Part shown: piece after piece, positions 30,001 through 42,700 of the stretch
Layout: each line of letters starts with the position of its first letter
How positions within the stretch are numbered: the stretch's first letter is position 1
Origin: Lingula anatina
Lineage: Eukaryota; Animalia; Brachiopoda
Direction of reading: 5' to 3'
DNA length: 64,000 bases
Assembly: GCA_051362555.1 (NCBI GenBank)
Contig: CM120640.1
Coordinates: forward strand, 6,634,001 to 6,698,000
Notes under the pieces: model-generated
Told to the model about the DNA's origin: nothing
The model's input: only the letters and a program-made list of their open reading frames with translations
Database searches by the model: none
Position numbers and translations under genes: made by a program

Positions 30001-33000
30001 GGGACAAGTGTGGAATGGAAGGGTGTTTAAACATGTTAATGTGGAAGATCTGGCAAGGTAAATTATTGATGTATTCCTGATTTTAATGAAATGAACATTG
30101 GATTTTGTATTTTGAAGAGGTTGCATATGGTTTGTTTTCTTACATTTTCAATCCTCTGTACATCTGTGTAGTATTGATGTCAGAAATTGAAGATCAGTTG
30201 CTTTTTGTAAAAAAATTTTTGTCATTTGTTCTGTATCATGTATCTTTTCAAACATAAACATATTGATTTACTTGCTTGTGATTAAATATACTTGTTAGGA
30301 AACCAATCCATGCAGCCAGCACTGCAGTTACCCAGAACAGCACAGTGAACAGCTCGTCAGGTCAGTCAGTTGTCACTATGACCCCAGTCCAGCCAAAGAA
30401 GCCATCTAGAAAAAGACCAGTTCCTCCAGATGATGGGGTAAGAGAACATATTTATAAAAGATCAGATTCAGGCTAAAGTGAGATGTAATTTTTATGTCAT
30501 CATTTGAAAAGTGTACTGTGAGAAACACATATTATAGGTATATGCATACAGTGTCCTGTGCATAATTTAATGTAAATTAGAGTTAACAACATATAATAAC
30601 GGGATCCCCGACTTATGTCACAAAAGTTTGGGAATTATCAGTGTTTGCATCATGTGTTATTTACAGCTGTTTATGCTTTATTTTAATTGCAGGGAGATTA
30701 TTATATAGCTTGTAGCAAGTGTGGTCAGCTGAGCAAAGATTATTTGAACTGTGATGATTGTGGCCGACCTCTACCAGAGACTGTGAAGTGGTATAAAGCG
30801 TCAGAGGAATCAAAGTCCAAAAATGTCAAACTTTCAAAACCTATAGACCAGAAAACATTCTACAAGTCAAAATTAAGTGTACATAGCTCGTTGTATAAAG
30901 ATATGACTTTTGAGGAAGATAATCCACTGGGAAAGACAACCAGAAGTCCCTCCGTGCAAGGGAATCAGGGAGGGAAGACTGGCCAGATTAGAGGACGTGG
31001 TCGGGGAAAAGGAAGGGGAAGAGTACCCCTTAAATTTTTAGAACCAGGTACTGACATATGATAATCCCAAACTTAGTAGTTAAAAACCATTATTTGTCAC
31101 CAAAAATGATTTTCTTTGATCTAATAATTTTTTTACCATTACGTTATTTCTTTAGTTGAGCATATGGAACAGTTTCATTGGCTACTGAATACCTTCAGTG
31201 TACATCAAAACTGCTGTGTACATTTGTCATTTAAAATTTTTAAAAAAATCTGTTACCTTTTTCAGAGACTGTCACAATCTCATCCTCTGAGGATGAAGAG
31301 AGTCATAGTACCAGCAACAGCATCAGCAACAGTTCTCGGTCTACTCCTGAGAGTAATAAAGAGCTTGAAGTTGCACCTAAGAAACCTTTGACAAGAAGGG
31401 AAAAGATGGAAGGACCAGTAAGTAAAGCCTTTCAGAACACACTTTATTTAAGTAATATATATTCTGGTGAAGTAATAAATTTGTATGTTTAACTTAGCTT
31501 TAATTCTCAGCTTTAATATGATTTCTCCAAATGTATACTTTTTGATTGAAGTGTACTTTTAAGACATTTATTATTGGCTTTATCGCAATAATTTAGTCTA
31601 CCATTAAGTTGTTCTACATCCTATAGCGTTCAGTAAACTCACCAAATATGTGTGTTGTAGGATGGGAAACCAGCAGGAGGTGGCCATCCAGAGTTCATAG
31701 AGGGGGTTCATTATGTACGTGTGGCCCAGCCACAGGCTCCCCCACCTGCTACCACTAATGTCCAAGAGGAAGAGGATCTCCCCATTCAGAGACTGGTGCT
31801 AGAGGCCAAGAGGGTCATGCTTGGTTCCTTGCCTGGGATACCATTTGAACCTATCATTTTATCTCCAGAAGTTATACGAATGAAAATAGAGTGTAGGTTT
31901 TCTTCAAGTTTGTTTTATTGAGGAGTGCTTTCTATAAAAAAATCATTTCTGCTTTTAGGTTAAAATAGCTCTGTTATAGATAACATGTGATTCAAAATAC
32001 CCTGTGTGTCAATGATTAATAGTATATTCATTTTAAATTGAAATTTGAAATTATAATTATGGTGTACAGTATTTGTACCAGATTAGGTGCATGTACATTA
32101 TCTGTCATTGAAACTGAACTTAAAATCGTATTTCTGTGGCTTACAGGTCAGGATGATTCTGTCAACATATCATTGTATCCCAATGATATTGTGAAGTGCA
32201 AGGGTCACTTTGGCCAGAAGATGGCAGTACTGTTCCTGTACACAACCCCAGGGTGTGGTGCCAGAGTCCGGTCCCTCTGTCATATGAACCAAGCTACAGA
32301 CCCCTGCTATGACCCTGGCAGTATACGTATGTATATTCTGCGTATTTTGCACCAATAACTAGTGTACAGCAGAAAAAAGGCACTTGTTTGGTCAATCTAA
32401 GATAAAATTTAAAAAAAGAAGTGTGTTTTTATTGATTGTTGTACTGCGTATTATCTCTAGCAGTGATATGGTGCTTGAAATGTTATCATCATTATCATCA
32501 TCATCATCATCATCCTGAAACGATATGTAAATCAAATGCGGAAAGCATGTGGGTTTTGTCTCATTAATAATGTCTTAAATTTTACTTTCAGAACAAAATC
32601 GAAAGTGTATCACTATTATTTTCCCACATCCGCAGCCCAAAGCACAGGAGAAGAAGATAGAAAAGATCTTTGAAATGATTCAAGAGAAGCAAGGTGAAGA
32701 GCAGAACTCCGAGGAAAAAACAAAACTTTATTCACATGTCACTGACAAAGAGACGCTGGAGATCATGACAGATATTAATACTAAACAAAATCAGCAGTTG
32801 GAGCGGTCTCGACAGGACAAAGCGGCTGATGAAGATCAGCAGATGGGAGAGGTAGAAGACATGGAGATGCCTCATGTTTACAGGTTTACTGGGCCCATTG
32901 TCAAGTAAGTTATGAGAAGTTTTAATATATCCCCTTACTTTATGTTGCCAAAAAATATGATAGAAATTTTCAAACAAAAGGCTATAAATGAATGTGTTTG

Positions 33001-36000
33001 ATTATTCTGAAATATCTTTGACCTTCACATGTAATGTTGTTTATCATGAACTTGTTTGGTGATATCACACACCATGAAATCTTTATTAGGTAATTGAATT
33101 ATGTGGTATTCTTAAAACAAGATTATTTATTTATTTATGTTAAAAAATCTGTTACTTTTTTCAGAGATAATAATATTATATAAAATATATATATTTTCTC
33201 CAGACTATTGGTATGGCCGCCTCCCCCAGCCATAGGTGGTATAACTGTCACCAATGAAGATCTGTTTTGTCTGAATGATGGGGAGTTCCTAAATGATGTC
33301 ATCATTGACTTTTATTTGAAGTATGTACAGTTCTGTAATGATTTTAACTTAAAGGGACATTTTGTGTCATCTGTTTACATGTATATGTTATCAACTTAAA
33401 GAGTCATGGTTGGTAAATCATGGACATTTTTCCACACCAAAATCCTCTGTATGTCCCTTTCAAATTTTTTAAGGTTTTAGTAAGAATTTTCTGCTGCTTT
33501 ATTCATCTCAAAATGTGTGATATTTTAAGTTTAATTTTATTAAATGAATGGCACTAGCTTTATCAAATTGGCATTTTTCAGGTACCTATATGTGACTATG
33601 CTCAGCGAACAAGACAGACAACGCACGCACATTTTCAGCTCATTCTTCTACAGAAGATTGGTACAGAAGAATATATCCAGGTACTCCACTTCAGAAACAC
33701 AGAATATGAGGTAGGTTACTAATTCAATTTGTTTAGTAACTTTTTTGTTCTTTGTATTTATTTCCATTTTATTTCCTTTATGAAGCCATAAAGTCAGGTA
33801 TCTTATTCCTTGGAAGAAACATAAAGTTACTGAGACCTTACTTATTTTTCTCTTTAAATTATATTTGTTTATATCATTGGTTTGTTAGAATTGATCATCA
33901 GATTGTATGAATTTTTCTGGCTTTTTTTTACTGCAAATAAACTGTGACAAACTATTTCAGTACATCAGAGAAGAGGCACAACAGAGTGAAAACTTGGACT
34001 AAGAATGTTGACATTTTTGACAAAGACTTTATTATTGTCCCCATCAATGAAAGGTTAGTATATTGCTTGTATTCACTACAATTTTTTCTCAGTAATTTTT
34101 ATACCCACACCTGTAACCAGTAACTATATGTCCATCAAGCTGTTGCCATGGAAAATGTAATTCACCCTTGTTTTCTTTGTTCCTTATGACTGAGGGATAT
34201 TAATAAATATCAGTGACAGTTCTTTTATCTGTTCTTTTTATTCTGATTAACAAGAAACAAGGGTGGGGGAGGGTGATATTAATTGTTTACACCAAGTGCT
34301 ATGTCATTATACCGGAAGCTCAGTTAAGTAGAACCATCTTTTCATCATGACTTTTTTTGGCATTTTTTACAGTGCCCATTGGTTTCTTGCCATCATTTGT
34401 TTTCCTGGCATTGATAGACCAGAGACATACGAATATACTAAAACTTTTAAAGTAGAGGAACCGTTCATGAGATTGCTAAAAGACCACAAAACAAAAAGTA
34501 TATTAACCATTGACAAAAACAAGCTGAAAGAGAAGAACAAACAAGAGCTGTCCACAAATGTTGCTGTCAAAGTGGCAACCCAGGGTAAAGTGACTGTGGT
34601 GAGACTGAAACAGACAGATAAAGATGACAAGTCCAAAAAGACATTGACAGTAACTCCTCCAGAGGAGCTGGATGATATGAGACTACAGGAGAAAGCGGAG
34701 AATGACTTGCTGGCAGCACACACACTGATCACTCTGGCTCAAGGTGATGAATCTATAGCCAAGGTAACATATACCTCCTATGATGTTTTCCATTACTCTG
34801 TTTAAATGTCAGGTTCGATGTGGTCATTGCACTTTTAAAGTATTATTGATTGTGATTTTAAGAATGTTTAGATGAGGGAAAACAAATAGGTTTGTTAGTG
34901 GAAGCAAATAATAATAATTGAATTGAAGGCTTTAAGTTTGAACTTAATTATTGAAGTAAATTTTATAATTTAATTTTTATTTGTTTATTTCAGGAGACTG
35001 AAAGTCAGTCTTCATCTAACTGCAGTAGTCAGGAAAGCAAGGAAGAACCCATGGATTGTGATGAAGCTGTATGTTTAGTAAAATTTTGTATTAGAATAAC
35101 TTTATTTAATCTTATTATAGAATGTAAAATTTGAAGGTATTGTTAGCTTTGATTCACCTATAATAATGTCATTTTCTGCCGTTATGCTAAAATAATGAGC
35201 TCATTTTTATGTTAAGATAACAAATAAAAATTAAGCCTTTGTTCTTACGTTTCAGGACACCCCAAGTACCCCCAATAAAGAGGAGAAGATGGAGGTGGAG
35301 GGTGGCAGTAAGGAAATGGTGGATTCCCAGTCATCGGTGGAGACACCTGAAACAACCCAGAAAGTGAAAGAGGAAGAAAAAACTTCTGCCAAACCTAACA
35401 AGACACTAACACTGCAACAAACTGTGCAGGGAATTAAGAAGCAGTGAGTTTTGATGAAGCAAATTTCTCGGAGGTTTTCATGTTTTTAACATGTGTTAAA
35501 TTTTCATCAGAGCAGTACCCTTTTAAATATCTGTCTTATGAAACATTCATTTTAACTGAGATTATTATTATTTTTTTTGTATATTTTGAAATATGATTTG
35601 AGTACTTTGTTCTCCTTATAATGGTGTACTTAATAACATTTCAGATTTTGTCACAACTTTAATTTTTTCAGACCCTGTATCCTAATTTTTGACTCACTCC
35701 CTGGGCCATCGAGATCAGGAGTAGTTCGCACGTTAAGGGAGTAAGTATGTTTGTTTCTTTTGCCAACATGAAAGTTATATTTCTAGAGCTTTGTCAATGA
35801 TTATTGAAGCCAAACCATAAAAATGTGGAAAATGTTGCAGTAATTAAACTTTGTATCGAACCTTTTGTGCAGACAAAAAGATTGGAAGAGAAGTTTTTGT
35901 TGGTACTTATGTAGGTATTTACAAGTAGAGTGGAACAAGAAGAAACAGACCAAGAAAGTGTTTGACAAGGATACCATAAAAGGTGCTAATCCCAAGGCTC

Positions 36001-36638
36001 CACAGCAGAACAATTACAGTGATTGTGGGGTGTATGTGCTGCAATATGTGGAGAGTTTCTTCCAGGTAAGGTGACCAGGTTAAAGTTATGGAAAGAGAGA
36101 AATTGTTTATGCCAGAGAGTTGACACTTGGTTGCATCATCCAGCAATGTGAACCCAGTGTAATTTGCTTAAGTTTGAGGCATGACCCAATCAACGAATAT
36201 TGCCAAGTTATATACTTAAGATTCCCACAAGGATGGAGTACCCAAACATTTTGTTTAATCGGACTTGAACTTGGCTATTGTAAGAGGCTATTATGAATTA
36301 TCATATTGTTTTTTGAATGGTTGCAGTGGGTTTGTGTCATGCCCTGCAGTTGGGTCTTGTTAGGGTTTGTCGGTAAATATTTAGCAGTCAGGTGCAAAAG
36401 TATTTTGGTATTCATGTGACAACTTATTTTGTTGCAGAATCCAATCAAGGACTTCAACATCCCAATCAAAGAGCTGGAAAACTGGTTCACAGTTGAACTG
36501 GTCAGCAAAAAGAGGGAAGAACTGAAAAACTTAATTTTAATACTGCAAAAAGAGCAGGATGAAAAGCCTGTCAAGGTCAAAGAGGAAAAAGAAGAAGAAA
36601 AACCTGAAACATCTGCCCAGTCAACATCTGAGACATGA
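27006..36638 (+). CDS. SENP6: SENP6/SENP7-type SUMO chain-editing protease (C48 family), about 20 exons
   Basis: N-terminus [21 protein letters not shown] (exons 27006-27027 and 27520 onward). Catalytic domain: [55 protein letters not shown] (His), ILIFDSL (Asp), [12 protein letters not shown] (Cys), split by the long insertion typical of SENP6/7. Stop TGA at 36636-36638. Probably the single invertebrate co-ortholog of SENP6 and SENP7. Confidence 0.92.
27925..28071. mobile_element. Short hAT-like MITE (147 bp) in SENP intron 2
   Basis: TIR CAGGCCTGTA and TACAGGCCTG; 5-bp direct repeat ACAGA at 27920-27924 and 28072-28076. Confidence 0.55.
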
Positions 36639-38314
36639 CAGCTGTGGTCATCTCTGGTGCAAAGTATTTGTGAAAAGATGTGACACTGTGAACTTAATAT
36701 TATCTTAATATAGTAAAGTTGTGTAAATTTTATTTGTGTAACAAGTATACCAATAAATATTACTTTTAGTTTAGTATAAATGATAATGATGATATTGAAC
36801 TGACTACTAGGGAGTTTTGAAAGAGTATGTGAGGGGCCCACAGCTTTATTTCTTATTGTATATTATTATTAAAAATTGATGATGATGATGTTGATGAATT
36901 ATAGTTGAATGGAATATGGATGGACAATAGGGTCCATCAGTTACATTAATTAGAATCTAATTGGTTGAGTTTAAGATTTCCTCACTTGAACCATAATGTT
37001 ACCTTGACTTCCAGATAATATTATAAAGAATTGCGTATTTTCAAAAAAGCAGGAGCGTAAGATGTATCTTATGGCTACGCTTTCCAGGAAATACCTGTTT
37101 GGTGCAATTATATATTCAGTATAAATTTTATCATGAGATAATAGAGAAATCTTTTATGAGATTTATGTAATTTGTATCATAGAATTATATGGATATGCGC
37201 AATTTTTCAAGTTTCATTATGAAAGAAGGTGTGTTTGTACACTTCCTGATGTAAGCCAGTAGCAGTGTTCAGCAGTAACTACAGTATAATATGATATTTA
37301 TGAAGTGAATTATTGTCAGTGATATGGTTTTATAAATCACACTAGTACCACTCCAGTCTAGTCATTATATCCCCACTGATATTCCATTATTTCACCATTT
37401 ATTTCAGCAGTGCACATTAGCATACGTAGTAAAAGATTCCAGTTAAAAATGAATTTTAAAGATGAAATGTAGCATTCTGTTTACAATTCTTATTTTAAGG
37501 AGAATTGGCAAAATAAAGGACTCAGTTGTATATTATTATATAAATTTGGATTGATCAAAAAGAAATACAAGAGTACTGTCAACATGGGTTCATTTTATGA
37601 AATATTTAAATCTCGCGGTATTTTGTAAAATAAAGGCGCTTGACTTTATTGTATACAGCTTCAGTAAAAAATCGATTTGAATGGTGCAGATAACAGTATA
37701 TTGTACATTTTTGTTTAAAAACATGATACAACAAACGCTAAAGTTCAAACGGTTACAAGTGACTATATTGCGTAATACTCTGATGTCAAGATCTGAAAGA
37801 GATGTATGGAGTAACGTAGGCAACCATCTGCCGACAGATAACGTTGCTGTTAGACTATTGTATTGTAAATAAAATTTGTTCCTTAATACTTCAGGTTTTC
37901 TCTTCAAGTTAATATGAACCAATTGTATTTTAGACTGCAAATTTTGAAAAATGAACAATCCAGATGTCACCCCACAAAAGAAGTGCTACCATGATGCAGA
38001 AATTTGATCTCGAGGAATTCACGAACAAAGAAAACTCTTTTTTTTTATAATATCAGAGAAATCAAGTTCAAAGATGTGTTTTTTTTTCACTTTGAATACT
38101 TTAACGTTTCGAAATGAGGGTGCACTGTCCACAACCGCAATTCCCGAGCCCAGGTTTTGTTTTTTGTACTCCTGTGCACGTTTAATGTACATACATGTAC
38201 TGAGCGTGCTAGCGCAATGTGAATATAAGAAATAATGTAAATAAAACTGCTTGAGGTTAATTTTTCATGATTATTCGGTCCATAAGAATTCTGACGCAGT
38301 TTTTTTCTTAAGAT

Positions 38315-39200
38315 CTATCTCATTTCCAGCTGTGGACGACTATGTGGTCTCGGAGCCAGGCTTTTATACACGTAGTCCTCAGAGTGCTGGGAGTAGAACC
38401 GCACGGGAAGAGACGGCGGGTGCTGCCACTGAGGCACGTTCTTGTCCTTGGGGCGAACTAGAATAAAAAAATGGAGAGCGTGGTATTTCTGCCAGGCATT
38501 TTTGACTTGCTAAACAAGCAACTTGTTTATCAGATGCTACACTTTTTCCTTCAGTAAGCAAGTACTTTTTTAGGAAGCATATCTTAGCCAAATGTGTATT
38601 CGAAAGAGCGCAACATAGCGATAGCAAGACGCAATGCATTTAACTTACCTAACAACAACAGGCTTCGATTGTTCACAGTGTAGACATTTAACCACTTGTT
38701 TTGTGATATTTTAAAGGTGCGACAAATGGTTTAAAGAGCGATATTATGGGCAAAATAATGCTCAATGGAGCGTTTCTTTTACATTCTTGTTAAATAAGTG
38801 CCTTAGAATATTTGATTTCTTTAGTCGCCCCTGGTAGCTGTTGCTGCCCTTCCTACCTGTGGGCATTAAAGAGTATATGTAAAAACAACGCTGCCTTAGA
38901 GACTGCGCTAATAACAGCTCCAGAGCTTTAAAATTTTGGTATATAACAAGATCATGTAAGCGGCTTGTAAAGAAAACTACATCCCGTCACTAAATTTCAC
39001 AAGAAATGCACCCATTCTACCTAGCATAAATGCTGTATCTTTCCACTTTCCACGATTAACAGACATATGTTGCTTGGGGGTTGAGACATCTTACCTAGCA
39101 TGGTTGGTCTCCATGGTCTTTCCAGTGGAATTCTCGTGGTAACTTCAAAAGGCACCCGGTTGGTCCGGAAAATGTTAAAACTTTCTTCGGAGGAATTCAT
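38315..39200 (-). CDS. Candidate two-exon gene for an 82-aa uncharacterised protein (not in the ORF track)
   Basis: Exon 39200-39095 (ATG to G|GTAAGA, phase 1) joins exon 38457-38315 (acceptor CCATTTTTTTATTCTAG, GC-rich) in frame: MNSSEESFNIFRTNRVPFEVTTRIPLERPWRPTMLVRPKDKNVPQWQHPPSLPVRFYSQHSEDYVYKSLAPRPHSRPQLEMR*. Confidence 0.55.
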
Positions 39201-39494
39201 ATTTAATGTCGACGTTTTAAGTTAACCGAGCTAACTATAAATATGACTTGTAGGTTAACGAGCTGCAGCACAATGTACCCTGTACTGTAAGGTTTGTGCA
39301 TGCGTGCGCGGTCATGTGACAGTGATGTGTAAAATAAATTATACCTTCATAATAATGCCAAGTGGGTCTCAGTGGTTTGGCTCATATGCATTGCATTTAC
39401 GAATGACTAGGAAAAAGTATGAAGCGGGGAAAATTGTAGAGAAATAGGTATCAATAATAGTTCAGTTGGTGTTTTTTTTTCACCAGTTGGTGCA

Positions 39495-39498
<4 letters not shown>

Positions 39499-39537
<39 letters not shown>
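39499..39537. repeat. (GA)n microsatellite
   Basis: Directly visible. Confidence 0.95.
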
Positions 39538-39541
<4 letters not shown>

Positions 39542-39768
39542 AAGATCTTGATATACCATGATTTCTTACACAAAATTCAATGTGAATATGGAAGACGCAA
39601 AAGATAAGTGTTTAAGTTTTATTCACAGAGACATTAACCACAAACTTATTAACAAATGTATAAAAATAGTGAGGTAAAAATACGGGCAGTTATATATATA
39701 TACTAGTAAGGTATTAAAATACTGTTTTCAGACCAGCTGACGTTTATGAAAACGTTCAGTTTTAATGA

Positions 39769-42700
39769 TTAACAATTGACATTTGCTTGGAAGTCGCAGT
39801 ATCCGGCAGTGTTATAGTGAAGCCCAGCGCTGCAGGCCCGTTCTATAGCATAGTATCCGTTCAGTTGTAAGCACTCGCAATATTTGCCGCAGTCTGACGG
39901 GTGACGCTTGTATGGCCACCATTTTTCACAGAAGACTGGAAAAAATACAATAATGGCAAATGTCAATAAACAACGTTAACAAGGTCTCAAAGTTCAGCGA
40001 TACTGAACATTCTAGGTACGGCAATTTATGATTTTAAGGTTGTGTACAGTGTAGTGTAGTGTAGTGGGATTAAGAATGAGAATAGAGAGTAGGTTTACCT
40101 CCAAGTTTTATCTTACATACTTAATAAAGAGCTAATTAATGTGCTAGACGTGAAATCAATTTACAGTTTACCCACCAGTAGAGCAATCTGCGTTGTTTTC
40201 GGTGCCTTCGTTGCTACCGCCACTTGAGCCGCTGCTTCCTCCAGTAGTGCCACTGCCGCTACTACCACCACCTGTACCGGTGCTGCCACCGCTGGTGCCA
40301 CTGCTTCCGCCACTTGTGCCACTGCTACCGCCACTGCTACCGCCACTTATACCACTGCTTCCACCACTTGTGCCACTGCTTCCGCCACTTGTGCCACTGC
40401 TTCCGCCGCTTGTGCCACTGCTTCCGCCACTTGCACCACTGCTTCCGCCACTTGGGCCGCTACTACCATCATTTGTACCACTGCTACCGCCACTTGTGCT
40501 ACCGCTACCGCCACTTGTGCCACTGCTACCGCCACTTGAACCGGTGTTGCTACCGCTGCCGTAATTTTGTTTGCAGGTATAGTCACACCAGAAGTTGACG
40601 GGATCATAGTACAGCCCAGCTGGACACGATTGCTGGAACACCCTGCCGCTCCCGGTGATATCACACGAACAGTAGAGTGCACAGTTCGTGGGGTGTGGAT
40701 GAATTATGCTTAACGAACCGATGCAAATGTCTGAAAGTAGAAAAATAATATTTTGTTGAATGTTTCACAAATTTGGTCAGATAGATAATTAATAATGAGA
40801 TGAGGTTCGTCTCGTAGTTTTTTGTCTAAAAATACTGATTTCGTACCTGGTGGACAAGTTCCAGCTTCGGAATCAATAACCCCACCGCTGCCACCAGTGT
40901 TTCCAGTGCCACTATCTGTGTTTCCGCCATTGTTGCCGCCCATATCTCCACCAGTGTTACCACCAGTACTGCCACCAGTGTTGCCTCCAGAATCACCATC
41001 AGTACTGCCACCAGTGTTGCCTCCAGAATCACCACCGGTAGTGCCACCAGTGTTGCCACCAGTATCACCGCCGGTACTGCCACCAGTGTTACCACCAGAA
41101 TCACCACCGGTAGTGCCACCAGTGTTGCCGCCAGAATTACCACCGGTATTACCACAAACTGCATTTGAGTAATCACACAGTGAAATATCCGGGTTGTAGT
41201 ATGTAAATTCGGGGCAGCGCTCCTCGGTTATCTTGTTGTTGCCGGCAATGTCACATGTACAATATTTCGAACAGTCTGTTGGATGTTGGTACTTTCCGTC
41301 GCCAAGTGGACATTCTGGTGTAAAATTGAATAATATTATCTTACATGCATTTTCAGAAATCAGATTATATAAGGTGCACTTATTAACCAAACTAACACAA
41401 CGGTATCTCTGCAACAATGATGTGGTAAAGATTATTATACAAAAATAGCTGGTGTGTGTTGGCAGCCAAGGGTACTCAAATTCATAAAACGTACCTGTAG
41501 GACAAGAACCTGCCATAGTGAGATCTGGCAGAGCAGGTGCCTGTGTCACGCCTCCTCCCCCCTGTCCTCCATCTCCAATTGTCCCGGTGGGGCAAACTGC
41601 CGAGTTCCTCACACACCATTTTCGACTGGGGTCAAAATATTGGTTTTCGGGGCAACATCGTGCCCATTCAATGTAGGCATTATTGTTCTGATCCCAGACA
41701 CAGCTACAGTATTTTGTACAATCAGATGGGTGAGCTGCCTCCCCAGGCTTGGTGCAGGTTCCTGGAAAAGACGATTAGATGTTGTTCAAAACGTGGAAAA
41801 TATATTTTGAAAACTTCGGGAGATCAACTGCAGTAAAAACGAAGCTACCTTGCACCGTTGGATTAATTTTGTGCTAGATAAGTACAGACTACAGAGGGCT
41901 TTTTGAAATTACTTCAAGCTAAGGTGATTTTTTGTGACAAACGGTTTTATCACACTTTTAACTGTTTTAAATACCTTGTGGACAGAATGGTTGGAGAGTT
42001 GGGATGTAACACCATTTCTCTTTCGGCGTTTCTGTATCTCCACCTCCGGTACCACCACCAATGGTGCCACCGCCAGTACCGCCATTGCCGGTACCAGTAC
42101 CACCTCCGATAGGTCCACTGCCACCTGTGCTTGTTCCTGCCACATAACCTCCACGCACTTCTTCAAATGGGATTGGAAGAACGTCAGGATCCACCCTATT
42201 GTTGTAGACATCGTTGATTGTCCTCAGTAGAGGGTACTTTCCCATTGAGCAATGTTCACCATTAAAATCGTCCAAAGACAGTGCCCAGATCATAGCGCCA
42301 GCATAATCGTTATCGATAGCGTACTGAGTCTAGAAGAGAGAATTTGGCAAATTATACGAAACGAAGTTTGTCTATAGGCCTAATACAACCTCCATCCCTT
42401 TATTTTTTGCTTAATATTTATGCTAGAAGCTGGAAGGTAGATTTGATCCTTTTAGGAAATAATTTAAAGAGGATGTAAACATTTTAAGTATTGAACGTAC
42501 TGTAGTTGCTAATAAAGTAATTATATTTACCTTTAATGCAATACTTTTTTTGTCGTCGAACCCAATCCAGTTTTCCAGATTGACAGCATACGGAGCCTTG
42601 TGTTCGGAATGCCAGAATGGCTGATAGCCTCCTTCAGTCACCATTGTGCATATCTGGAAGAGCGACATTGTATTAGCAGTCTCTAAAAGGCGCATATGTC

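Noticed and set aside
33349-33462. Possible Kolobok-like MITE (AAAGGGACAT...ATGTCCCTTT)
   Set aside because: Only a 10-bp inverted repeat, and the right flank reads TTCA rather than TTAA; too weak to call.
37590-37970. 126-aa minus-strand ORF between SENP and the small gene
   Set aside because: AT-rich, no ATG start, no recognisable motif; more likely 3' UTR or intergenic sequence.
40161-41176. Poly-(LPP), HCFR-repeat and VAVA-repeat ORFs
   Set aside because: Antisense and alternative frames of the chitinase Gly-rich linker repeats.
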